This document shows positions 12,240 to 55,702 of a DNA stretch of 64,000 nt, piece by piece. Position 1 is the first letter of the stretch, and every line of letters starts with the position of its first letter. The stretch comes from Lama guanicoe. Taxonomy: Eukaryota. The position numbers and the translations under genes were made by a program. The notes beneath the pieces were generated by a model. It made no database searches, had not been told where the DNA came from, and saw only the letters and a program-made list of their open reading frames with translations. The stretch is taken from the NCBI GenBank assembly GCA_013239625.1, contig MU056187.1:1054001-1118000 (forward strand). Reading direction: 5' to 3'.

Positions 12240-12820
12240 GGCGGTCTGGAGGCGGGAGCTCAGAGCCCCAAGAGGGAGAGGCTGAGCCTGGCAGGGGCCT
12301 CAGCCGGAGCTGTCCGAGTCCAAACCCTCAGGGTGCCGGCTCCCTTGCGAAGTGATGCGCTCTCGGAGCCCGTCGGCCGGAAGAAAGACGCGCCCTGATT
12401 GGTTCAGGTTGAGAGGACGGGCTTCAGCCGAGCTACGAGTCGCTATTGGCTTAATTGCCAGGACTCCCCCCAATCAAATCGATCGCTTCCCTTCCTCCCC
12501 ACCCCACCGCACTGCATTTCTCCCGCCTGCAGCCGCGGAGGCGGAACACAGCGCCTTCTCGTTACCTTAGCAACCGTCAGCGGACCCTGTCGCCCCGGTA
12601 ACTCTCCGAGGCCTCCCGTCAGCCTTCGCCTGGGCCCCTCTGGTCACCCAGACAACCACTACCCGTTCCGGTTAACCATCAGCCCTTTCCCCGTCACCTT
12701 GGCAACGGTCACCAGACCCATCGCCCCCCGGACACACCATCCTCGTCCTGCACGCAAGCTTCGCCCCAGACTGAGGTCTCGGGTTCCCTCCTCCTCTTGC
12801 CCATCTTCCCGGCCTTAGAG
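12240..12820. promoter_or_regulatory. Orphan CpG-rich promoter/enhancer-like element with four RFX X-boxes and three CCAAT boxes
   Basis: X-box-like 14-mers at 12561, 12589, 12643, 12693; ATTGG/CCAAT at 12398, 12445, 12470; CCGGAAG at 12377. Confidence 0.7.
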
Positions 12821-13966
12821 AGGGTACTGCTCCCACTTTGGCAGGGGGTGAGAATGGGTCGGGCCCGAGGGACCGTCTAGCTCTGATGCCGTACGCAGCA
12901 CTGGGCCTGTATCCTAGTTCTCAGTCTTGCGTAGGACTGTTCAGCCGCCACAGGGAACTTCTCAAAATGCAAACCATGTCCCTCCCCTGCTGAAAACCCT
13001 CCCCTGGCTCCCCTTGAGAATCAAATCCAAACTTTTCGAAGCCCCTGGCGGTCTGGCTGTGGCCTCTTCTTCTGTGCTACACCTCGTTTGCTCTATCCTA
13101 GCAGCCACTTTTCTCCATGTTGATACTCCAGTAGCCCAATCTTAGTCCAGCCTCTGACCTTCCTATTTACTGCCTCCCACTCGTGAAAATTCTGTCCCCC
13201 AGCCAGAGAAGCCTTTCCTGGGCCCCATCACACAGCTCTCTATGCCTATTCTCTGTTAACTCCAGAATAGGGGCTGTGTCCTGGTTCACACTCTATCCCC
13301 AGCTCCTGACACATATAATGAGTGAAAGGATTTTATGTCGGGGACAAGGGAGGGCAGAGGCGGGGGACCAGTAGGCAGGCTTTGGCCAGACAGGCCCATC
13401 TCAGAGATAAGAGAATGTGTTTCTGAGGTCCGCTGGGTCCCCAGACTGATTCATCATGAGGCTGCAAGTCAGTGTTCCCAAAGGCCAGGCAAAGGCTGGG
13501 AGATAGAAGTTAATGCTGTGACCGGTCTGGGCTAGGTTCATCCTCTACTTGTACGGCTGTCATTTAGAGGCTGGAAGGAGGAGTCCCCAGAAAGAATGAG
13601 CAGAAACTGTGGTTAATTTAGAGTAGAGGATTCTAGAAACTAGAGAGACAGGCCTCAGACCCCAGATGGCCATTCAGGGAGCAGGTCCCTTCCTGTGTGG
13701 AGTCCAGAATCTCACATATCCTAACAGGGCCGAGAGCTGTTTTCCCATGGATCTGAGACAGGGGTCCCAGGGAGCTTTCCCAGGCTGTGGCGAGAGAACT
13801 TGACCTTACAAGGCCTGGAGTCATAATCGAGAGGGAGATCATGGGAGCTGCCCAGGGCCTGGCTGGAGAGGAGTCTGGACATCCACCTACCTGCCTATGA
13901 CGGTCCTCCCTTGGTGAGGTGCTCCGGCAGGGACGCCCCCTCTTCTTAGACTAGGAATACCCTCAC

Positions 13967-14131
13967 CAGCACTGTCCTATAGAACCTTCTATGCTGATGT
14001 GGCAATCAAGCCCTTGAAATATGGCTAGTGTGACAGAGGTATTGATTTTTCCATTGTATTTCATTTTAACTCATTTGCATTTAAATTGAAGTAGCCAGAT
14101 GTGGCTACAAGCATCGTATTGGACAGAGCAG
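13967..14131 (+). mobile_element. MER3-like hAT-Charlie non-autonomous DNA transposon
   Basis: Ends 'cagcactgtcctatagaac' and 'gtattggacagagcag'; internal 'cttgaaatatggctagtg' and 'tagccagatgtggcta' resemble the MER3 consensus. Confidence 0.75.
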
Positions 14132-14498
14132 CATTTAGCTGAAGACTCAGACTGGAGGTGGAAGCCAGGGACAGAAAAGTCAGAGTTTCTGGTTTGTGCA
14201 GCTCTGGGGACTGACTTTGGCCAGAAGAGTGGGGCCTCGTGGAGGGGAAGAGAAGAGGTAGGACACTCAGCATCTGTCTCCACAGAGAGGCGTACCTGGT
14301 TTCAGGCTCAAAGAACTTGCTCACCCGTGCATGCACTCACGCACATGTATGAGCATCTGGGGGTGGGGTGTCTGAGAGCACCCACAGAAGCACTTGTGTT
14401 CAATTTAGGAGTTCCACACCTGTGTGACATCAGGGGTCCACCCTTGTATCTACGTTCTGTAAACTCCCAGGTGCATGTAGGCCAGTTAGCAAGGGCCA

Positions 14499-14724
14499 CT
14501 AGTCCAGCAGGTCTTGCAAGAAGGCCCACATATACTGGTGCATTTCCTTTGGGTTGCTCTGTGGGATCCAGTGCCCCACACCTGGCAGGATGTGGGTCTC
14601 CAGCCGGCCGGGCACAAAACGGCTGCTGATGGCCTCCACCAGCCCCAATTCAAAATATGGGTCCTTCTCCCCCCACAGCAGCAGTGTGGGCATGGCCAGC
14701 TCCTGGGGCTCCAAGGGAAAGTTC
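14499..14724 (-). CDS. EPHX3: EPHX3 last coding exon (NFPLEPQEL...QDLLD*)
   Basis: TAG at 14501-14499; WGEKD and GHW motifs. Confidence 0.96.
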
Positions 14725-17516
14725 CTGTGACCAAGACAGATAGACAGACAGGCAGAAGGATGGCTGGCTCCCCGCTCCACCCTACCCTAGGCCCCACAAC
14801 CCTCCAGAGCTTCTGCCTGGGGTCTGGTCTCACCTGAAGATGTTTCGGTAGTAGTTGAGGGGCCCAGTGAGGCAACCGGGCTGTGAGAAGTCATAGAGGA
14901 AGGCCTCGAGCTCATTGGGGGTCAAGTGTGGGATGCCCCTCTTGCGGTGGGTGAGGGTGGTCTTCAGGATCTGGGGACACAGCAGGACTCTGGCTTCAGT
15001 CACAACCCACAACCCTCCACCCATCCCCGGGCCTGCACCCTACTGCACCTGGAAATCAGACATGGACAACAACTTCTCGGGCAGCCAAGGAAGCTGGAAC
15101 AGGAACACATAGTTGGAACGGAAGAACTGGCCGATGTGGCGCAGAGAGTAGTCTAGGGGGAGGGGAAGGCAGGCATCAGGCCTGGGCCTGGGTGGCCCCA
15201 TAACTCGGCGCTCTACACACACCCAGGCCAGGAACCCAGAGATGCCAACACTCATGAATGCCACTGCCGCCTGCCTGAGCCTGTGAGGACAGGCACCAGC
15301 TTCCTTCTCTGCCAAGTGGTCACTGTGCCCATAGAATGGGGGTGCTTCCCCTCACAGCTCCCGGGAGCCCCACAGCCACTGGAGTGCTTCCCCTGCCCAG
15401 GCTGTGATGCATTTCCCCCACTTCACTCAGCAAACATTTATTGAGCACCTATGGTGTACCAGTTCCTGTTCTAGACCCTGGAGACACAGCAGTGAATGGA
15501 AGAGACAAAACTCTTTTGCCCTCAGGGAGCTGGAGACCAAGACACACAAGAAACAACATAAAGAAAGCTTATTGGGGGGGAGGGTAATAGCTCAGGAGTA
15601 GAGTGCATGATTAGCATGCATGAGGTCCTGGGTTCAATCCCCAGTGCTTCCATTAATAAATAAGTAAGTAAGTAAATAAATAAGTAAAAATAAACCTAAT
15701 TCCACTCCCCCCCCAAAAGAAACAAGAAGAGAGAGGGCATACAACTATGATTATAATGCTGGGAATTAAAAGCAGGTGATGACATCTCAGGCTATCGTAG
15801 TTGCTTTTAGTTATCTCTGTCTTCCCTGCCAGAAGAAAGACATTTAACCTCTCTTGCCTCCACTTCCTGACTGGGCCATGGGGATAACACTTTCACGAGC
15901 CCAGGAGGCTTGTGTAGGTTACTGTGACAAGCAGGCTCCTTGTCAGAGCAACTGTAACCTGTAAGTGCTCAAAAAAGTGTGGGTTACTCCTAGGTGTATT
16001 GTCATGGACGGTAGATTGGGTAGGAGAATCATGTGGGAAGGGACCCAGGTTCACCACTGTGCCTCCAGTCCATGTAGTGTTGACTGGCGGACAGAGAAAT
16101 GCCGTCAGACACGCGCGCGCGCACGCACACACACATACACACACATCTCTTCATAAAGGTACATCCCAGCATCCCAGACTCCCCAACACACCTTGGTACA
16201 CTGACATGGGGGCAGCGCTGACCACCACCATCCGCTCCACCAGGGATGGGTAGTAGATGGAGAAGTTCCAGGCTAGGAGTGCACCCCAGTCATGGGACAC
16301 GAGGATGCACTTGGGGTAACCTAGGGGAGGGGTCAGAAGAATCAGTATAAGTGAGATGCTAGGTAGAAGTGAGGCAGGGATGAGGGAGGCCAGTGCTGGG
16401 ATTGGGGAACATCCCCACCCAGGCCCAGAATGACATCCTGAATATCTGTCATCAGCAGGTCAATGGTGTAACAGTCCACATCCTTCGGTGCATCAGAGGA
16501 GCCGTATCCCCGCAGGTCCACAGCTACAACATGGAAGCGGCTCTGGAACTCCCAGAGCTGGTAGCGCCAGGAGAACCTGCCAGGCGGGCCAGGGAGGGAA
16601 GTTGAGTCAGGGTCCCCAGGCTGCACCTCTGCCCTATGCCTAGCAGAGACCCTGGGTGACCTCACCTTTCTGCCTTGGATTTCCCAGAAGGGAGGATGGG
16701 GAGCCCCAATCTGAGGGTGAGGCCATGTGTGCCCTGGATCCAGGGCAGCCTCAACATGGATACTTTTTGTCCCAACCTTTCAGACCCTCTGGTCCTCATT
16801 TGTCTTCGCAGAACCCCTGTTAGCGAGTGCCCTATATGGGCCCTATACACTTTGCATCCCTAGTCTACCCAGCCTTGTCCTCTTCTCCTGGGTGCTCTGG
16901 TGATCTGAGCTCCACCTCCCCCGAGCCTTCTGCGTCCAGACCCCTTGGCCTCAGACGTATCAGTTCTCGGGTATGTAACAGTCCACATCCCTTGTGTAAC
17001 ATTCTGACATACCAGTTCTCCGGGAAGCCATGTAGAAACAGCATGAGGGGCCCATTGCCACATCCAGCAGAGACATAGTGCAGGCGCAGACCCGAGCTCT
17101 GGGGGAGGGCACAGTCTGAGTCCTGGGAAACCCTTCTTCCCTAGGCCTGAACACCTTCCCTTTCCCCCTGCCCAGATTTGGATTCAACCATTTGCCACCC
17201 GGGGCTGGCTCCACACGGCCCCCCTCCCAGGTTCCTCGACCTTTGAAACCCGATGGCACCCCCGCGCGCTCACCTTGAGGGTCAAGAAGCAGTGCTCGCC
17301 CAGCGTGGGGTCGCTCAAGCAGGCGGGTGGGGTGCGCCGGGGACGCCCGCAGCAGCCGCGTCGGGGCCTGCATAGCACGTGCGTGAGCGCGATGCAGCCA
17401 TAGACGGCTGCGGCCACCAGAGCCGCGGAGAACACGAGGCTCCACATGAAAGCGCGAAGCAGTTTCAGAGTGAGGCGCGACGGCGCCAGCAGCGCTGTCA
17501 CCACCAGCTCGGGCAT
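14499..17516 (-). CDS. EPHX3: Epoxide hydrolase 3 (alpha/beta hydrolase ABHD9), 7 coding exons, 360 aa
   Basis: Exons 243+86+158+129+104+137+226 = 1083 nt, all GT-AG, frame intact; HGFP oxyanion motif, HDWG nucleophile, GHW catalytic His. Confidence 0.98.
14834..14970 (-). CDS. EPHX3: EPHX3 coding exon 6 (ILKTTLTH...YYRNIFR)
   Basis: AG/GT boundaries, phase consistent. Confidence 0.96.
15049..15152 (-). CDS. EPHX3: EPHX3 coding exon 5 ([10 protein letters not shown]...SDFQ)
   Basis: AG/GT boundaries, phase consistent. Confidence 0.96.
15420..15560 (-). mobile_element. L2 3'-end fragment
   Basis: 'cactcagcaaacatttattgagcacctat' is the reverse L2 tail. Confidence 0.65.
15574..15725 (+). mobile_element. 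tRNA-derived SINE (Vic-1-like, camelid type) in EPHX3 intron 4
   Basis: GGGGAGGGTAATAGCTCAG...GGTTCAATCCCCAG, (TAAA/TAAG)n, ACCTAATT...CCCCC tail. Confidence 0.8.
16109..16145. repeat. (CG)n(CA)n alternating purine-pyrimidine microsatellite
   Basis: acacgcgcgcgcgcacgcacacacacatacacacaca. Confidence 0.85.
16192..16320 (-). CDS. EPHX3: EPHX3 coding exon 4 ([17 protein letters not shown]...SVYQ)
   Basis: Translated by hand; catalytic Asp in HDWG; AG/GT boundaries. Confidence 0.96.
16419..16576 (-). CDS. EPHX3: EPHX3 coding exon 3 (FSWRYQL...DVILGLG)
   Basis: AG/GT boundaries; DLRGYG motif. Confidence 0.96.
17013..17098 (-). CDS. EPHX3: EPHX3 coding exon 2 ([29 protein letters not shown])
   Basis: AG/GT boundaries; HGFP motif. 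Confidence 0.96.
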
Positions 17517-18800
17517 GTCGACGCGTTCCGGAACGGCCGCGCTGCCGTCTGGAGTACGGGCGGGGGGCGCGGGCAGCTGCTGCGAGGCGGGATCCGGGCC
17601 GGGGAGCCCACCGCCTTTGATCTGGGGCCCTTCGGTGCTGGCGAGGCTTGCGGAACGCGTCGAGACAAGAGGCGGGGCCTCAGACCGAAACTGCCACTGT
17701 GAACGACTCACCCATGTACTAGGTAAACACCTGGGCTGGACCGCGACCGGGAGCAAGGCTGGAGGTGCGGGGGTGGAGCCTGCGAGGACTAGGCTCCAGT
17801 GGCTGGGGAGGAGCCTAGAGGAGAGGGAATGCGAGGGGCTAGGACAATGCGCAGGACCTAGAAGGGGTTGGACGGGGATTAAGAAGTGGTGGGATCTGGT
17901 AGGACCCCCGTATTGGGGTGGGGGGTTCCAAAGTCTGGAGGGAGATCTGGTCCTGCGCAAACGGAGAGAGGGGCCGCCCTGGGTGAAATGGGCGGAACCT
18001 GGAGCACAGGGGCGGGGCAAATCAGCGTAGGTGCGGCCTACCAGCTGGAAAGGTGGATCCAACTTGGCCCAGGAACATTTTTAAGGGATAGGGGCGTGGC
18101 TTAGGCGGCGGGATGAGGGTGGAGCCTAGGAGAGGCGGGGCCAAACGTTGGGCGGAGAAGACCCGAGCCTGGGCGTGGATGGCTCGGGTGCAAGAGCTGG
18201 GCCAATGAAATGGGGGTCAGCCTGGATACGGGCCAATGAGACGGAGGGGCGGGGTCGGAACCTAATATGGCGGGTCAGGCGGGTCCGGAAGCGGAAGGAG
18301 GGGGCGAGGCAGTGCCATGGCTGGGGATAGGGGGAGGCATAGGCTGTCGCCGCGACCCAAGGAGGCCCAGGAAACCACTGCTGCCTCAACCATCCCCACT
18401 CCGTGAGCTCCCCGTCCTGGAGCGTGCGACCCTCCCCTCCGTCTGGCTCCGAGAGATCTAGCAGCACCTTCATCAAGCCCTGATTCCAACGGTAGTCCAG
18501 CCGCCTCCACCCGGTGCTGGCCTCCAGTTGGTCCAGCGGACTCGTCGACCTGCCCCCGCACAGATTTGATTGGACAGCGGCGGTCATTGACTTGCCGGCG
18601 ACAGGTCCCGCTCAGAAGCCAATCCACCGTTGTTGAGGCCGGGGCTCCGCCGGTGGCGACCAATGAAGGCAGGAAGACTGACTGCTAGAGGGCAGGCTCG
18701 GCTCCGGCGACGGAGAACAGGGCTGGTTGAGTCACCCTTGGGGCTCTGGGCGAAAGAGGAAGCGGAGCTGGGGCGGGCGAGAAGTTCGGTAGGGTAACTT
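17250..18800 (-). promoter_or_regulatory. EPHX3 CpG-island promoter with GC boxes and multiple CCAAT boxes
   Basis: CCAAT/ATTGG at 18202, 18233, 18569, 18619, 18660; several GGGCGG; candidate 5'-UTR donor GG|gtgagt at 17712/17711. Confidence 0.75.
17274..17516 (-). CDS. EPHX3: EPHX3 coding exon 1 ([10 protein letters not shown]...FLTLK; N-terminal membrane anchor)
   Basis: ATG at 17516; AAG|gtgag donor. Confidence 0.96.
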
Positions 18801-18849
18801 CTTCCTCCTGTTTTGCAACCTCCCCCCAAGATCCAGAACATTTCAAGGT

Positions 18850-18990
18850 CACTTATCATTTAACCCTTGTAACAATTCTGTTAGGTGTAGGTACTATTAT
18901 CACCTCCATGTATTACAGACCACCTGAAAAATTCGTGAATTAAGTCATTTGCCCAAAGTCTAACAGCTGGCTTAACAGCAATCCATGACT
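18850..18990 (-). mobile_element. MIR fragment
   Basis: 'gtaggtactattatcacctccat...aagtcatttgcccaaagtc'. Confidence 0.55.
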
Positions 18991-19669
18991 TGAGAAAAAG
19001 TAGCAGTCTTGGGCTCCACCTTTCTTTTCGCCTGGAGGAAGTTATTAGATTTTAGCTTTCTTCTGATGGTTACCTAGTTATCTCTAAATGTGCTTATGTG
19101 GCTATTTCTTGATTATGAATTCGGGGCATTATCCATTGACTTACCTCCTCACCACCATTGCACAAGTCATTTCCATGTTTAGTTTTCCTATTGGTTTCCT
19201 CTAACTTGAAACACTCATTTTTGTCACCTTCCTTTTTCCCTTACACCTAACCTTATTTGTATTGTCGAGGCTGCTAAAATAAACGTTACACTCTTTCTGG
19301 GACCATAATTAAATCCATGGGTTCCTATTTATAAGGGAATAGTGGTTTATGCGGTTCTGCCTTAGTAAATGGTGTATCTCAGAACCAAACACGTCTCTGA
19401 TTACACTGCCTATATTGTACAAACGTTTGTTCTCCCTGTACTTATCACCTACCTTTTCTTGCATGATTAGCCGGTATCACAGCTTTGGTTTCATTTATAT
19501 TTTCCATCAAGTCAATTTTCCAAGCATTTGATCCAAGCAGTATCACTCGAGTCTTCTAATCTGGCTGCATGGCTGGTGGGTGTTTATGGACCTCCCTTCT
19601 TTCTCAGCCACAGAACACTCCCCCCATCCACCCAGCTCTGCCCTTAAACAAAAAGACAGCAGTAGTCAC

Positions 19670-22499
19670 AGGAAGGTAATTTTATATTCAGTACAAATGT
19701 TTATTTTTGCAATGAGAACTGCACAAAAAAAACCTTNNNNNNNNNNNNNNNNNNNNNNNNNNNNNNNNNNNNNNNNNNNNNNNNNNNNNNNNNNNNNNNN
19801 NNNNNNNNNNNNNNNNNNNNNNNNNNNNNNNNNNNNNNNNNNNNNNNNNNNNNNNNNNNNNNNNNNNNNNNNNNNNNNNNNNNNNNNNNNNNNNNNNNNN
19901 NNNNNNNNNNNNNNNNNNNNNNNNGCCAGAGAAATTAAATAGTAGATCCAAGTTCTAATTACAACCCAGTTAAACACCCATTAGGGAGGTGTGGAGAGGG
20001 CCATGGCAGAGTTAAAAACCTTAGAAGGAAGGTGCAGACAAAACCATTTCTCCAGCTAAACAGTCAGACTTGGCCTGGGGTAGTTTCTGAACAAAACAAC
20101 AGAAAAAAATGAGGGAGTGGGATGAGATGGAAGGAACCCCAAGGGACCAAAATATTAAGTCACACTTGAACCAGCACAGTGGTATATGAGGAAGTGCTTG
20201 TTGGGGGAAAAGGGGAGAAGTGCCTGTAGCAGGGGCAAGACGTCTCTGGCTGAATGCCTGAACTACACCATTGCTAGGAGGTTTAGCAGATCCCAAACAC
20301 AAGACAATACAGGGCCTTTCCGGTTGAAAAGGTGGGGTATAGGTTAATAAAGAGTGCTGGAAATGTTTCACTTTGTGTCTTTGCATACATATAAATTATA
20401 TACTTTCATCTTACATCCTGGGGGCCGCTCTTGGGTACTGCCATCACCCTGTGGCTGGGGTGTGTATACAGATGGGCATACAGGCAGGGCAGCAGGATAT
20501 CCACCTGGTGGACTTTCTCGGGCAGGAATGTGTGTGTGTGTGTGTTCTTGGGGGCGGGTGAGGATCCTATTTAGGGGGTTGTACACTTATCTAAGAATAC
20601 CTGGTTAACCCTGAGCTTAAATGAAAGGAGGAATTCGGTAGACAGGCAAGGTGGGGGAAGTGACTCAAGTCCTCTGGTAAGTGGGGTACTAGATGGAGGA
20701 AGGGCAAAGGGGAAGAATACTGTCTCGAGTTTGGCCAGGTTCTGCTGGAGCATGCTATCAACCTAGGCCAGGGTCCACAGGAAGAACGGGTACCTGGGCT
20801 CCCTGTCATAGCTTCAGCTTGTGGGGGCAGTTCCTGCCTAGGGACAGCAGTCAGGCCAGACAGGCCAGGTGGTCCCCGGTGGTAGTTCTTGTACAAAGGT
20901 GGTCTGGAGGGCCCCCTGGGCCTAGCCTAGGCAACAGGTGGTTCACAAAGAAATGTCAGGGAGACACNNNNNNNNNNNNNNNNNNNNNNNNNNNNNNNNN
21001 NNNNNNNNNNNNNNNNNNNNNNNNNNNNNNNNNNNNNNNNNNNNNNNNNNNNNNNNNNNNNNNNNNNNNNNNNNNNNNNNNNNNNNNNNNNNNNNNNNNN
21101 NNNNNNNNNNNNNNNNNNNNNNNCTCACCAAGGGCTCCAATTACAAAATTTTTTAAAAAGTGGGGGAAGGGGCAGCCGGCTGATAAGGGCCAGGCGTCAG
21201 GCAGGGAGCCTCTGCCTCAGTCTGTGGCCTGTGGCCCCTGGCCCCCTGTGCCTGCCTCATGCCCTGGCCCTTCCTTTCCTGGTTAAAAAAACAAAACAAA
21301 ACAAAAAAACCCTCAAACAGATTTGACGTTAAAAAACAAAGAAGCCGACGAATAGGGGCAGAAAAAGGGGAAAGAAAATGCAGCTTTCTGACTTTATAAT
21401 TAAAAATAGACTAATAAAGTTTGAAATTGAGTAAAATATAGGCAGTTTTTTTTGTGTGTTTTGTAGGTTTTTGTTTCGTTGTTTTTTGTGGGTTTTTTTT
21501 TTTTTGAGCTTTTTTTTACACCAGTTTGGTGGAGTCACCAACAAACTTCAAACAAAGATATGCCAACTATGTNNNNNNNNNNNNNNNNNNNNNNNNNNNN
21601 NNNNNNNNNNNNNNNNNNNNNNNNNNNNNNNNNNNNNNNNNNNNNNNNNNNNNNNNNNNNNNNNNNNNNNNNNNNNNNNNNNNNNNNNNNNNNNNNNNNN
21701 NNNNNNNNNNNNNNNNNNNNNNNNNNNNATATATATAGAAAAAAACCCAGAAACACAGGTGGGAAGGAACTGACTTTGGTTGGTGGCCTCACTCGCCTGG
21801 CGAGGCCGGCCCACATACGCGCGTGTGACAGTCACCTCACTCCAGATTGCCATGGACACACACACACCTCCACGGCACTATTCCCTTTTGCACAAGCGAA
21901 CACTTACAGAGAGCGGCTCTCGATTAAAGGCTTGTGGGGGGAGGGGAGGGGTGGGGTGGGGTCTGTTCAAGGCAAAGTCAGTGCCAGCAAGGGGGTGGGC
22001 CAGCTCCCTCGCCACCTCCAGCTCTTGCAGGCTTGCCCTGGTCTCCTGGGTGTGGGCAGCAGCAGCTGGGGGTGTGGGGAAGGACTCCTGGCAGGCAGGA
22101 CGTCATGAATGTCACGTCCTCAGGGACAGAAAATCAGTCATGGTGGCGGCAGCAACGATGTCCTGTGTATACTGTGTAGACATTTGGCGGAGAGAAGGGC
22201 CTCTGCCCAACACGCGGAGACTCGGGGCTTGGGTCTGGCCGGCACTTGCTCGTGGTGAGGCGTGCTCTGAGCCGACGTCCTGTGGGGGGGTGATGGGTGG
22301 CGGGACGTCTGGCTGGCTGTAAGGCAGATAGGCTCTGCGATCCTCAGCTGCCCATCAGGCCTGCCCCAGGCGTAGCATGCAGGAGGGCCAGGCCCGGAGA
22401 CACCCCCTTGCCGCTGCTACTGCCTCCACTGCTGCCCCTAACACTNNNNNNNNNNNNNNNNNNNNNNNNNNNNNNNNNNNNNNNNNNNNNNNNNNNNNN

Positions 22500-22500
<1 letters not shown>
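19670..22500 (-). other. BRD4: BRD4 long-isoform 3' UTR (three masked blocks; A- and U-rich tracts)
   Basis: Follows the exon 20 position; resembles the recalled human UTR ('AGTGTTAGGGG', 'ATAGTTGGCATATCTTTG'); ends at the PAS. Confidence 0.7.
19681..19705 (-). terminator. BRD4 long-isoform distal polyadenylation signal(s)
   Basis: AATAAA at 19705-19700 and TATAAA at 19686-19681, followed by GU/U-rich sequence on the minus strand. Confidence 0.65.

Positions 22501-55702
<33,202 letters not shown>

Larger units (their letters stand above)
11350..13330 (+). mobile_element. Scattered L2 fragments (about 11350-11960 and 12930-13330) flanking the CpG element
   Basis: Pyrimidine-rich L2-like motifs, e.g. 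'catgtccctcccctgctgaaaaccctcccctggctccc...aatcaaatccaaact'. Confidence 0.45.

Noticed and set aside
12561-12706. CRISPR-like or tandem-repeat reading of the spaced palindromes
   Set aside because: Mammalian DNA; units are only 14 bp, non-identical and irregularly spaced, with no cas genes; transcription-factor sites explain them better.
17184-18062. 292-aa ORF suggesting an N-terminally extended EPHX3
   Set aside because: Homology starts at MPELVV (17516); the upstream part is GC-rich promoter/UTR with a likely intervening intron and a non-ATG start.
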